Positions 39,239-49,416 of a DNA stretch of 64,000 bases are shown here, one piece after another (position 1 is the stretch's first letter; every line of letters begins with the position of its first letter). The notes below the pieces were generated by a model that saw only the letters and a program-made list of their open reading frames with translations, was not told where the DNA came from and made no database searches. Position numbers and translations under genes: made by a program. The stretch comes from an uncultured Acidobacteriota bacterium. GTDB taxonomy: Bacteria > Actinomycetota > Acidimicrobiia > Spongiisociales > ZC4RG35. The stretch covers positions 43,589-107,588 of the forward strand of contig CAWHEU010000026.1 of the NCBI GenBank assembly GCA_963828465.1, written 5' to 3'.

Positions 39239-40111
39239 TTATCGACCCCGACCTGTGCGAAGGGCGGGGACGATCTGCTCGCCGAACAGCCTGGCCTGTC
39301 CCAGCGGGTCGTTGTTACCCGGCCAGAAGATGAAGGCATCGACACCGAACTCTGCGATGCGGGACAGCTCCTCGATCCAGTAGGAGACCGGCCCCGAGAA
39401 GTCGCCGGAATGGCTGGATTCGACGGCTCCGCTCACGTTGTAGACACAGCGGAGCGTCTTCGGGTCACGGCCGGCGTCCAGGGCGGACTGTTGGATCCGG
39501 TCCAGATATCCGGGCAGGTCGGCCGGCGACGCCCATGGCGCCGACGGGACCCAGCCGTCTGCTTTGCGGCCGATCAGGTCGAGCATCTTGGGCCTACTGG
39601 CCCCGACCCAGATACCGATCTCGTGGGCCGGCGCAGGCCCGGTGTGGACACCAGCGAGTTGATAATGAGCCCCCTCATATCGGACTCCCCTCTCCCCGCT
39701 CCAGATGAGCCGGATGATGTCGATGGCCTCCTCGGTCGCCTCGACCGCCTCCGACGGCGTGCGCCGGGGCCCGCCCATGGCAGCGACTGCATCCCAGAAG
39801 CCGCCCGCACCCAGGCCGAGCTCGACCCGACCTCCGGTGAGGAGGTCGAGTGACGCTGCCGACTTGGCCAGGATGGCGGGGGGGCGAAGGGGAAGCACGG
39901 CCACGTCGGGGAAGAACCTGATCCGGGATGTCCGACCGGCGAGGTATGCGATCAGGGTCCACGTGTCGTAGAAGCGCCACTGATAGGGATGATCCTGGAT
40001 CCCGATGAGATCGAGGCCCACCTCCTCGGCGACCTCGGCGAGGCCGATCGTCACCGGCTGGTCGGGCCACATCGGTGTGATGGATATGCCGTATTCCACC
40101 TGTTGGCTCAT
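39239..40111 (-). CDS. LLM-class flavin (F420)-dependent oxidoreductase
   Basis: QDHPY, LAKSAASLDLLTGGRVELGLGAG, ADGW. Confidence 0.88.
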   Translation of the reverse strand: MSQQVEYGISITPMWPDQPVTIGLAEVAEEVGLDLIGIQDHPYQWRFYDTWTLIAYLAGRTSRIRFFPDVAVLPLRPPAILAKSAASLDLLTGGRVELGLGAGGFWDAVAAMGGPRRTPSEAVEATEEAIDIIRLIWSGERGVRYEGAHYQLAGVHTGPAPAHEIGIWVGASRPKMLDLIGRKADGWVPSAPWASPADLPGYLDRIQQSALDAGRDPKTLRCVYNVSGAVESSHSGDFSGPVSYWIEELSRIAEFGVDAFIFWPGNNDPLGQARLFGEQIVPALRTGRGR

Positions 40112-40148
40112 GGGTGGTTCCCAACAGGCACGGAGCGGATCACCAGGT

Positions 40149-40697
40149 TCAACGGCCGGCCGGCCGGTCGAATCGGAGGATCTCGTGACGAAGCTCGTCG
40201 ACCGGGTTGTCAGGCTCCAGATCTCCCTGCGCCGCCAGCCGAAACCCGGCTTTCAGCAACGCCCGCCACGACGCTTCGTTCGCCGATGAAACCGGAACCA
40301 CAATGCAGGTCGCTTCCTCGTTCGTCTGCCAGATGTGGTCGGCGAACGCCGCGATAAGGCGCGAGCCCAAGCCGCGCCCGATCTGTCCAGGGTCCCCGAT
40401 TAGATAGTCGATGCTCACAGCATTGGCCGGCATATCGAGGTGCGGAGCCAGCTCCGCCAGGTATTCCGGGTAGTCCTCATATCTCGAGTACTGAACGAGG
40501 CCGATCGGGTATCCGTCGAGGAGCACCAGGTGATCCTCGCTCGGTTCCGCGCCGTCCACGGAAGGGCCGAAATCGCGCTCTACGGCTTCGGGGGTGAATT
40601 CATGATTCCACCACCGCGCCACATGCGGCTCTGCAAGCCATCTCCCGATGAGGGGGAAATCGTCACGTGTCACCCGACGGAAGGCGATCTCCTCCAT
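40149..40697 (-). CDS. GNAT acetyltransferase (AAC(6')-Ib/IucB-like fold)
   Basis: WLAEPHVARWW, IDYLIG...GRGLG, NEASWRALLKAGF. Confidence 0.8.
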   Translation of the reverse strand: MEEIAFRRVTRDDFPLIGRWLAEPHVARWWNHEFTPEAVERDFGPSVDGAEPSEDHLVLLDGYPIGLVQYSRYEDYPEYLAELAPHLDMPANAVSIDYLIGDPGQIGRGLGSRLIAAFADHIWQTNEEATCIVVPVSSANEASWRALLKAGFRLAAQGDLEPDNPVDELRHEILRFDRPAGR

Positions 40698-40939
40698 CGA
40701 TCGAGCATTCGACACCGCGAACGTCTCCAGGACTCGGCGTGTGGCCTAATCCGACCCTACCCCTGCGCTTCGAACCACCAGGCCTCGAACGGAGCCCCAC
40801 CGTTCGGCGGGGCGCTGTGCTAGCGGCTTTCCCGGGATTTCGATTTCCATGTCGCAGCCGGTATCGCCACTCACACCCCGGCAGCGAAAGCGTTGAATGC
40901 ACGCCAGCCCCGTGTTGACGCAAACGAGAGGAGAACCGA

Positions 40940-41512
40940 ATGGGGAGAATCGTCGTGAGCGACAATGTCTCTATTGATGGAGTTGTCCAGGACCCGGCTG
41001 GCGACGAGGGCTTCAGGGTGGGTGGCTGGGTGGGCAAGATCATGGACCGCCCAGAGCTTGCCAAGCTGACCCTCGACGAGGCGCTAGGGACCAACGCTCT
41101 GCTGCTGGGTCGGCGGAGTTATCAGTGGTTCGCTGCCCGATGGCCCTCCCGGAGCGGCGAGCTGGCGGACAGGATCAACACACTGCCTAAATACGTTGTG
41201 TCCTCGACCCTCGAAGATCCCGACTGGAACAACTCCACGGTGCTGAGGGGCGACGTTGTGAAGGAGGTCTCCAAACTGAAGCAGGAGCTCGACGGGGAAA
41301 TCGTCGTCTGGGCCAGCTTCCAGCTGGTGCGTACCCTGATGGAGCACGATCTGGTCGACGAACTGCGGATGAAGATCTACCCGGTGGTGCTCGGAGCCGG
41401 CGAGCGACTGTTCGGCGAGACGAGCGACAAGAAACCCATGCATCTCATAGACACCAAGTCTGTCGATGGCGAAGTCGTTTTTCTCGTCTACGAACGGGCA
41501 CGAACCGTCTAG
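40940..41512 (+). CDS. Dihydrofolate reductase / RibD C-terminal family protein
   Basis: VSIDG, LLGRRSY, PKYVVSSTL, DLVDE, PVVLGAG. Confidence 0.88.
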   Translation: MGRIVVSDNVSIDGVVQDPAGDEGFRVGGWVGKIMDRPELAKLTLDEALGTNALLLGRRSYQWFAARWPSRSGELADRINTLPKYVVSSTLEDPDWNNSTVLRGDVVKEVSKLKQELDGEIVVWASFQLVRTLMEHDLVDELRMKIYPVVLGAGERLFGETSDKKPMHLIDTKSVDGEVVFLVYERARTV

Positions 41513-41724
41513 CGGAGATCCGACGGCTCCACGGTTCTCTGGGGCTTGGGGGAGTACCAGGCAGGGAGCGGCTGACACGCCTTTCAGATCTCACGCTGTC
41601 TCACGCCGCTAGTGCCACAGCCGCGCCACGGACCCGTGAATGCGTGCTGTTTCTCCTGGTCAGAGTGGTTTGACCGCATCGGGCAACGACAAAGGCTCGC
41701 AGTTGGGCTTCAGTCATCCCGTAG

Positions 41725-42346
41725 ATGCTTGATTGGTCATCGACACGACATCATTCGGGCCGTAGCGTCATCCACATATCGTCGTTCCTGATCCTCCATG
41801 GCCTGGCCAACCATCGGCCTCCGGCGCACTGGCAGTTCTGGCTCGCCGCTCGCCTCGCCGCCGAAGGCCATTTCGTGCTTTATCCAGCCCTGCCCGATCC
41901 TGATGCTCCATCGCTCGTGGCGTGGCAGGACGACCTCCATCGCTACCTTCGGACGATGGGAGGGGGCGACCACACGGTCATCTGCCACTCGCTTGCCTGT
42001 CTGTTGTGGTTCCGCAGCGCAGATTCCGTCACGGAGGAGTTGCGTCCCGACCGGCTGTTGCTGGTAGCGCCACCCGGCTCGGATCAGGTGCCGGACTCTG
42101 GTGCCGAGTTCCGCTTTACGAGACCTTGATTCGGCAGCCGTGCGATCGAGCGTCGGCGGCGAGCTTCGGATCGTGGCCTCCGACGACGACCCGTACAACG
42201 TTCGCGGAGCTCAGGCCAGCTACGGCGACCTGCTGGGTGTCGACGTCGAGATCGTCTCGGGCGCCGGTCACATAACCCCCGACGACGGATACGGGCCTTG
42301 GCCGGAGGTGGAATCGTGGTGTCGTTCCGGCAGGGCGAATCGATGA
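41725..42346 (+). CDS. RBBP9/YdeN-like alpha/beta hydrolase, frameshift near 42115
   Basis: LILHG, HWQ.WL, CHSLAC, LLVAPP (ORF 41725) continues as SDDDPY...GAGHI...GYGPWP (ORF 42101); start uncertain. Confidence 0.78.
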
Positions 42347-42733
42347 TCTCGGTCGCGGCTGCGATGGGTTCTCTTCGATCGCATCGGAACCCTTCTCGAC
42401 CTGCGCCCGGCAGGTCGGGCCTGGTGACGAACACGATTGACCTCGACGAGGAGGCCCGGGTATGGATCTCGGGCTTTGATGCGGTGAATCGCAAGCTGGG
42501 TATCAAGACCGTCTCCGACCACTCGGCGACTCCGTTCTTCCTGCGTGGCACCGGGTATTCGGAGGGAACGCTGTTCCCATCGGTGGTGTCCGAATTCTGG
42601 TTGATCGATGCCATCGAGTCAGGAGTGGCCAAGGTGCCCGCGTCTCGGTGGCCGGGAGGAAGCGAGGGAGAAGGGTGCCATTTCGGCGTTCGCCGTTCGT
42701 CTTTAGGGTGAACATTCCACGAAGGAGGAGCTG

Positions 42734-43081
42734 ATGCAGTACGTGTTGCTGATCTACCAGGGCGACGCGCTCGCGCGACAGGCGGCGTTGCCGGATGAGG
42801 AGCAGAAGCAGGTCTACGCCGACTACGGGGCGCTCAACGAGGATCCACGGGTGACGGGAGGGGTGCCGATGGGGCTTCCGGAGAACGCGACCACGGTGCG
42901 GGTCGAAGACGGCCAGACGTTGACGACGGACGGGCCGTTCGTGGCGGTCAAGGAGGCACTCGGCGGTTACTTCGTCGTGGAGGCGGAGGACCTGGACGCG
43001 GCGATCGAGCTGGCCGCGAAGGTCCCGGCGGCCCGTTTCGGCGGCGCGATCGAGATCCGGCCGAGCGAAACTTATTGGTAG
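42734..43081 (+). CDS. YciI/DGPF family protein
   Basis: TDGPF...KEALGGY...IEIRP; AAGGAGG RBS. Confidence 0.88.
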   Translation: MQYVLLIYQGDALARQAALPDEEQKQVYADYGALNEDPRVTGGVPMGLPENATTVRVEDGQTLTTDGPFVAVKEALGGYFVVEAEDLDAAIELAAKVPAARFGGAIEIRPSETYW

Positions 43082-44244
43082 GCGCGCTCGAGCAAATCTT
43101 CCGCGACGAATGGGGGCGTGTCCTCGCCAACCTGATCGGCTTCCTCGCCGACTTTGACCTCGCCGAGGAAGCCGCCCAAGAGGCGTTCGCGATCGCAGCC
43201 GAGCGCTGGCCGCGCGACGGGCCGCCAGCCAACCCCCGCGCCTGGCTAGTGGTGACGGCGCGCAACCCGCGATCGACCGCATCCGCCGCGAACGCACGCT
43301 CGCAGCCAAGACGCCGCTGCTGGACTTGCCCAGAAGTGTGGAGGACGACGTGGACGGACGACGATCCCGGACGAGCGGCTCGAGCTGCTCTTCACCTGCT
43401 GTCACCCCGCGCTCGCCCTCGACGCCCAGGTCGCGCTCACGCTGCGAACGCTCGGCGGTCTCTCCACGGGGGAGATCGCCCGAGCCTTCCTCGTATCCGA
43501 ACAAACGATGGCAAAGCGCCTCCTCCGCGCCAAGCGCAAGATCAAGGCATCCCGGATCCCGTTTCGCGTGCCGCCCGGCGAACTGCTCCCCGATCGGCTG
43601 GCCGCCGTGCTGGCCGTCGTCTACCTGATCTTCAACGAAGGCTACGGCGGCAAGGGTGAACTGGCGGCCGACGCGATATGGCTCGGCCGAGCCCTGGCCG
43701 AGTTGATGCCCAACGAGCCCGAGGCACATGGCCTGCTCGCCCTGATGCTCCTCAACGACGCCCGCCGCGAGGCCCGCTTCGCCGAGGGCACCATCGTCCT
43801 CCTCCGCGAGCAGGACGGTCCCAGTGGGACGACACTCAGATCGCACAAGGACGGGCAGCGCTCGAGAAAGCGCTCGCACTCGGCAGCCCCGACGTCTACG
43901 TCCTCCAGGCAGAAATCGCCTCGCTTCACCTCGACGAGGAGCAGGACTGGCCGCGGCTCGCCGTCCTCTACGGCGCGCTCGCTCGCCGTACCGGCTCTCC
44001 CGTCATCGAGCTCAACTACGCCGCCGCCCTCGCGGAATCAGGCAATGTCGAAACCGCGCTCGCACTCGTCGAGCGCCTCCACCTCGACCAATACCACTAC
44101 CTACACTCCACCCGGGCCGAGCTCCTCAGCAGACTCGACCGCCCTGAGGAGGCACGCGCCGCCTACCAGCGAGCGCTCGAACTAGTCCACGCCGACGCAG
44201 AACGGCGCTTCCTTCACCAACGGCTCGCCGCCCTCGACGCATAG
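43075..44244 (+). CDS. ECF42-type RNA polymerase sigma factor with C-terminal TPR, three frameshifts (~43267, ~43355, ~43817)
   Basis: DLAEEAAQEAF; LELLFTCCHPAL; YLIFNEGY; HSTRAELL...ERRFL spread over successive frames; DGPF partner upstream. Confidence 0.82.
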
Positions 44245-44393
44245 ATCGATCATCCACAAAGCGCGGGCCGCGCTCTCTAAGGAGAGCACGAGTGTCGCCG
44301 GTTTTCCCGGCGACCAGGCTGCCCTTGCCCTGCAGCCAATTGTGTAGCCGTACGTAGCGGAGGGTTGGGTCAAGGCGACCTACGATGCGGTAG

Positions 44394-45587
44394 GTGACGC
44401 AGGAGCCGTCTGACCTAGAACGTCTTCTCGGACCAGACCGCAGACCGATCCGTCGGCCTCATGGGATGGCGTTGATCGTCGCCGTGATCGCGGTTGCGAT
44501 TGCCATCGGTCTTCTCGTGCTGTGGCCGCGTGACCCGCCGTCGATCGACCGTCTTGCCTTCGGGTTTGCCAGCGCCGTGATACCGGCAACGGTCGAGTCT
44601 GTCACGGGTGCCCCGTGCAGCTACGCCGCCGAGGAAATCTGCAACACGGTCGTGTTCACGGATGGGAGCGGAACTTTCTCTCAGGAGTTTCCGGATGATC
44701 CGGGTCAGCCGCAGTTCGAGGCCGGTGATCCGGTCTACCTGTCAGTCGCGGTGGCAGAGGACGGAAGCATTTCGACCAACTATTACGACAGAAACCGAGG
44801 GCCGCTTCTCCTCGTCGTTGGCCTCCTGTTTGGCATTGCGGTTGTCGCCTTGGGCCGGTTGCGCGGGGTGGCGGCGTTGGTCGGACTTGCAATCAGTGTG
44901 GCAGTCCTGATCTGGTTCATCGTTCCAGCGATCATTGCTGGTCGGGACGCAGTATTGGTGGCGTTGGTCGGAGGCGGTGCCATCGTCCTCGTCTCGTTGT
45001 ATCTCGCCCACGGCTACACCCCACTGACCCACGTAGCAGCTGTCGGCGCATTTGCAGCCCTCGCGCTGACCACGGCTTTGTCCTGGGTGGTGGTCGAGTT
45101 CGCCCACTTCACCGGGCTGGCAAGTGAGGAGGCGTTCTACTTGCTGAATCTCCCCGACATCGACCTAAACGGACTCCTCCTCGCGGGCATCGTCTTGGGA
45201 GCGCTCGGTGCCCTAGACGATGTGACTGTCACACAGGCTTCAGCGGTGTGGGAGGTGGCGGGTGCGAACCAAGCCATTGAGCAGCGAGCCCTCTTCGACT
45301 CCGGCCTCCGAATCGGACGGGATCACATCGCCTCCACCGTAAATACTCTGCTCCTTGCCTACGCCGGCGCGGCGATGCCGCTTCTGATCCTCTACAGCCT
45401 TTCAGGACTATCGCTTGCATCGGTGGGTAGCTCCGAAGTAATCGCAGTGGAGATCATCAGAACGTTCGTCGGCTCAATTGGGCTCGTCGCCGCAGTGCCG
45501 ATTACGACCTGGCTGGCAGCGACTCAAATGCACCGTTGGATGTTGGAGCGTCAGGCAGGGAGAGCGAAAGACGTTCCCTCCTCCTAG
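44394..45587 (+). CDS. YibE/F family membrane protein
   Basis: LGALDDVTVTQ, GRDHIASTVNTLLLAYAG motifs. Confidence 0.88.
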   Translation: MTQEPSDLERLLGPDRRPIRRPHGMALIVAVIAVAIAIGLLVLWPRDPPSIDRLAFGFASAVIPATVESVTGAPCSYAAEEICNTVVFTDGSGTFSQEFPDDPGQPQFEAGDPVYLSVAVAEDGSISTNYYDRNRGPLLLVVGLLFGIAVVALGRLRGVAALVGLAISVAVLIWFIVPAIIAGRDAVLVALVGGGAIVLVSLYLAHGYTPLTHVAAVGAFAALALTTALSWVVVEFAHFTGLASEEAFYLLNLPDIDLNGLLLAGIVLGALGALDDVTVTQASAVWEVAGANQAIEQRALFDSGLRIGRDHIASTVNTLLLAYAGAAMPLLILYSLSGLSLASVGSSEVIAVEIIRTFVGSIGLVAAVPITTWLAATQMHRWMLERQAGRAKDVPSS

Positions 45588-46399
45588 CTCACCTTGGCCG
45601 TGGCGTGATCCAGGGCCCAGTTCAGGGCGTAGTCGGCGACCTCCTCCCACCCGGGGATCGCGGGTAACAGATGTGGTCCGTCGAACTCCACGACTTCGGT
45701 GACGGACTTTGACTTGTAGTGCTTCGCGTTCGAATGCCCGACCTTGGGCGGAAAGAGGTGATCCTGCTTTCCAATGACGAATAGCAACGGGGGCCACGAG
45801 TCGTCGTGATAGTCGACGTAGTTATCGTCTTTGCCAGGGTGGATATTGGCGAGTGCGCTTCCCCAGAAGACTCTGCCGGAGGCCGGAATGTGGTATCGCT
45901 CGTAGAGCGCCAGGGACTCCTGTTCATCGAAAGTGTTTGTGAATACGTAGTGCCACTGCTCGGGAGTGAAGCCGACCGCCCGATGGCGGTTCGCAGGGTT
46001 CTTCAGGATCGGCCACCCGGATCGGATCTCCGAGAGTGGCACCACTTTGACGCCTTCCGTCGGCGCTGAGTTGATCGCCACCCCGACCGCGCCGAAGCCA
46101 TGGTCGAGCAAGATCTGGGTGAACACCCCGCCAGCTGAATGGCCCATGATGATCGGAGGACGGTCGAGCTTGCCGATGATGTTTTCGAGCATGTCGATGA
46201 TCTCCGGCACCTTGAGTTGCTCGATCGGTGTCGGATCTGCGCGCAGCGACTCGACCTCGACCTCGAACCCGGGATAGGCGGGGGTGAGCACAGTGAAACC
46301 TGCTGACTCGTAGCGGGCCTTCCAGTCCTCCCAACTCCTCGGGGTGACCCAGAAACCGTGGACGAGGACAATCGTGTCGGGCTTTGTGGATTCGGACAT
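45584..46399 (-). CDS. Alpha/beta hydrolase
   Basis: VHGFW, GHSAGG nucleophile elbow, QDH, H; start MSESTKP. Confidence 0.87.
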   Translation of the reverse strand: MSESTKPDTIVLVHGFWVTPRSWEDWKARYESAGFTVLTPAYPGFEVEVESLRADPTPIEQLKVPEIIDMLENIIGKLDRPPIIMGHSAGGVFTQILLDHGFGAVGVAINSAPTEGVKVVPLSEIRSGWPILKNPANRHRAVGFTPEQWHYVFTNTFDEQESLALYERYHIPASGRVFWGSALANIHPGKDDNYVDYHDDSWPPLLFVIGKQDHLFPPKVGHSNAKHYKSKSVTEVVEFDGPHLLPAIPGWEEVADYALNWALDHATAKVS

Positions 46400-46856
46400 A
46401 GCAGTTCCTTTTCCTAGGGGTGCCTTCGGATGTGATGACCGCCTCGGAAGGTGCGAACGAGCGAACCTACGTCCAAGGATGGCGGAGTCGACAGTTCGCG
46501 AAAAGATTCTCAAACCCAGTTATGCACAAAGCCGGATACCAACGGAGCGATTGCGATAAAAAGCCCAGGTCAGATGGACTTTCCCCCTCCATCGCGATTT
46601 GCAAGGCGGGTCAAATCACAGTGGCGCTGGTGGGGGGAGAGGCGGACCTGTCCGCGTCGAGGCCCATGTCGGGCGTCAGGGCGAGGCCCTCCCTCTGATG
46701 GGTTGACCCTGCGTTTGTCGCTCGCATTGGCAACGTTACTTGCGACGACTTCAACGTGTCAGGCCCGCCCATACCACGGGACTAACCAGACCCCGAAGTG
46801 ACTTTGCAAGTTCATTTGACAACGAATGACCTAAAACGCCTGGTCAGAGAGTTTCG

Positions 46857-46897
46857 CGCTCCCGGCAGGATTCGAACCTGCGCACCCGGCTCCGGAG
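46857..46897 (-). repeat. att site: duplicated 3' half of tRNA-Arg(CCG)
   Basis: cgctcccggcaggattcgaacctgcgcacccggctccggag identical to 63533-63573; flanking tggtcagagagtt is also shared. Confidence 0.92.
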
Positions 46898-47041
46898 AGA
46901 GGTCACGGTCAGCCGCTATCAGAATCGGTAAAAGCCCTGGTCAGAGGGATTTCTGGTCGCTCTATGGTTTGATTCGACCGGGTGCGTTTGGTTTGGGGAT
47001 GGCTGGCCTCTCAAAGTGCGAGCTCTGAATCGAGAAGACTC

Positions 47042-47064
47042 ACACCTGGTTTAGGAAACCTGCT
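47042..47064 (-). repeat. Short remnant of the tRNA-Arg(CCT)-derived repeat
   Basis: acacctggtttaggaaacctgct matches acacccggtttaggaaacctgct in the long copies (22/23). Confidence 0.7.
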
Positions 47065-47076
47065 TGGTCGGATGGT

Positions 47077-47562
47077 CTAGTGGAGGTCGATTCGGATCTG
47101 GACGTTGTCTTGGGCTGCCTTGGCGATGTCGCCGGGGTTTGGGTGGCGGTTCTCGTCGAGCTTCACACGGAAGAAGCGGGCGTCTCCTGGGTTGTGCCGT
47201 AGGTAGACGTCCAAGCCTGCGGCGATCTCCTCGGTGTCGGTGCACACATCGGCGACCCCGGTCAAAGTCTGACCTTTCACCACGACGGTCACCGGAGCAC
47301 CACCGTGAAGATTCCGCCACCAGGAGAAGGGTGAGTAGCAGAACACTGTTTGTCCTTGCTGCATGTAGCCGACGGGGAAGTTGTAGGTCTGTCCTGTTTG
47401 TTTGCCCTTGAACTGGAGCATCATGAGCGTCTTGCTGCCGATCCCCCTGTTCAAGAACAGTCGCATGACGGGATTGATCGCCCAACGTGTGAGGAAATTG
47501 AATACTGGCCCGGCGAGCGTGCGCATCGAGGAGGTTGGTGTCGACTGGTTAGGTGAGGTCAT
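47077..47562 (-). CDS. Nitroreductase-like deazaflavin-dependent oxidoreductase (DUF385-like split barrel)
   Basis: INPVM, LQFKGKQTGQTYNFPVGY, WWRNL..GAPV pattern. Confidence 0.7.
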   Translation of the reverse strand: MTSPNQSTPTSSMRTLAGPVFNFLTRWAINPVMRLFLNRGIGSKTLMMLQFKGKQTGQTYNFPVGYMQQGQTVFCYSPFSWWRNLHGGAPVTVVVKGQTLTGVADVCTDTEEIAAGLDVYLRHNPGDARFFRVKLDENRHPNPGDIAKAAQDNVQIRIDLH

Positions 47563-47612
47563 TCGGCCTCCGGAGTGCAGTGCGTGGTACTCAGATTATA
47601 ACTAGATATACT

Positions 47613-48260
47613 ATGAGTATGTCAAGCTCAGCAGGTCGCCAGACACCGAAGCGGTCCTCACTCGGGTTGATGGTGCTCTGGCAGCTGATCGGTGAACCGA
47701 TGCACACCTATCGCATGCAGAAACTGATCGAGGCCCAGGGAAAGCACCGTGTGGTGAATGTGCGCTCACCGGCGAGCCTGTATCAGACGATCAAGCGCCT
47801 GGAACATCATGGGCTGATTGAGGTCAAGGAGACGATCCGCGGCAGCAGCCAACCCGACCGGACGGTGTACACCATCACCGAATCCGGTCGAGACACAGCA
47901 CGTGAATGGTTGCGAGAGATGCTGGTTGAAACCCGAGGCGACTATCCGGAGTTCATCGCTGCCGTATCGATCCTTTTCGTTATGTCGCCGGCAGAGGCAC
48001 GAGAACTGCTCGAGGAGCGGGCGGAGCGAGTGGCGGCCGATCTCGCCGAGGCTGAAGTCGAGCTCGCTGCCAATCCGGGGCTTCCCGGGCTGTTCCTCTT
48101 AGACGAGGAGTATCGGCGCGCCGTGCTACAAGCCGAGTTGTCGTGGCTGCGAGGCGTCTCCGCCCAGATACGAGGTGGCCGGCTCACTTGGGACGAGGAC
48201 TGGATCCGGGAAGTGGGCGCCAACTTCAATCCGACCAACGAAGATGAGGCCCGTCGGTAA
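47613..48260 (+). CDS. PadR family transcriptional regulator
   Basis: PMHTYRM, SLYQTIKRL, PDRTVYTITESGR; divergent from the DUF385 gene. Confidence 0.87.
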   Translation: MSMSSSAGRQTPKRSSLGLMVLWQLIGEPMHTYRMQKLIEAQGKHRVVNVRSPASLYQTIKRLEHHGLIEVKETIRGSSQPDRTVYTITESGRDTAREWLREMLVETRGDYPEFIAAVSILFVMSPAEARELLEERAERVAADLAEAEVELAANPGLPGLFLLDEEYRRAVLQAELSWLRGVSAQIRGGRLTWDEDWIREVGANFNPTNEDEARR

Positions 48261-48277
48261 AACGAAAACGAGAGAAT

Positions 48278-48414
48278 GCGCCCCCGGCTGGATTCGAACC
48301 TGCGACACCCGGTTTAAGAAACCTGCTCTGTATTAGGACCTCTGAACACCCGAAAACGCCAATAAACATAGGGTTTGCGCGCTCTCTAGGTTTGGCTCGT
48401 TCCGGTGCTCAGTT
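48278..48414 (-). repeat. tRNA-Arg-derived att-like repeat, long copy 1 (tRNA 3' half + ~90-bp conserved arm)
   Basis: ggattcgaacctgcgacacccggttta...aaacctgctctgtatt...cccgaaaacgccaat...ctctaggtttgg...ttccggtgctcagtt; about 15 differences from copy 2 by manual alignment. Confidence 0.9.
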
Positions 48415-49299
48415 CCTTTTGATCCTGAGTGGCCGTGGCGGTCCAGCCAAGGCGGCCCTTGGTGAAGTGCCGCGATGAGGATGGCGGGGATGATCGGGAC
48501 TGCCAGGAGGATGAGGAACTCGATGTCTTCTCCAACGGGCAGGAAGGCCTCATGGAACTGGCTCTGGGTGGTGGCGTTGTAGGAAGCATGAAAGAGCCCG
48601 ACGATGAGCAGGCTGCGATGGGTGTTGTTATAGAACCAGGCCACGATGACTCGGCTGGCCAGTTGAGGGATGAAGAGGACACCGAGGAGAACAAGGCCAT
48701 CGACCACAGATTCCGTTTCGACGATGAATCCGGGAATGTGGAACAGGGCGAACGGGACCGCGACGATGGCGGCGGCTCGGAGCGGCGTGAAGCGGCCTTG
48801 GAGTCTGTCGAAGAGGAACCCGGTCCACCCCACCTCTTCGGCAAAATTGGAGAGCAGGAAGGCAAAGGCCAGGCTCGGGAGGATGGAAGTGAAGAATCTC
48901 GGCCAGTTCTCCGCCACCGCGGATCGCCGGAGCTGTGCCGCCCGAGGCGATGGCGAGCACCAGGGTAAGGACTGTCGGTCCCAACGAGGCAAGCAGGTAC
49001 CAGCCGATCCCAACCCTCCAGCGCAGGCACCGTTGGACAAGGTCCCGTACCCCGCCTTTGCCGTGTACGGCCGAGGTGACGATGAAGGCCGGGACTGCGC
49101 TACCAAGGATGTGCGCGAGCAGGTCGTAGGGAGCGTGCCCATAGGGCAGCAGGTCTCGTCGGGTCAAGGCTGAGGACAGTGCGGCTGTCACGTTGACCGT
49201 GTAGACCATGATCAGGAACGCGGCGACAGGGTGGCGTCCAATCCACCGCCAAAGCGGCGAGTACCAGGCGGCGCTCGGTTGAAGGGCGTCTTGGGACAT
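48386..49299 (-). CDS. CPBP (CAAX/Abi) intramembrane metalloprotease, two frameshifts (~48935, ~48468)
   Basis: HPVAAFL...WRVGIGWY, EEVGWTG, FALFH, FHASYN; 3' end runs into the repeat arm. Confidence 0.8.
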
Positions 49300-49416
49300 C
49301 TCAGTCCTCACGCTTCAAGCGACCAGAGGTCGGACGCTACTCGCGCATAGGAGGAGCGGGTCCTTGCGAGCTGGCGGCCCTATCAACTTTTTCGCAAGAT
49401 CGGCCGATGGTCTTGC

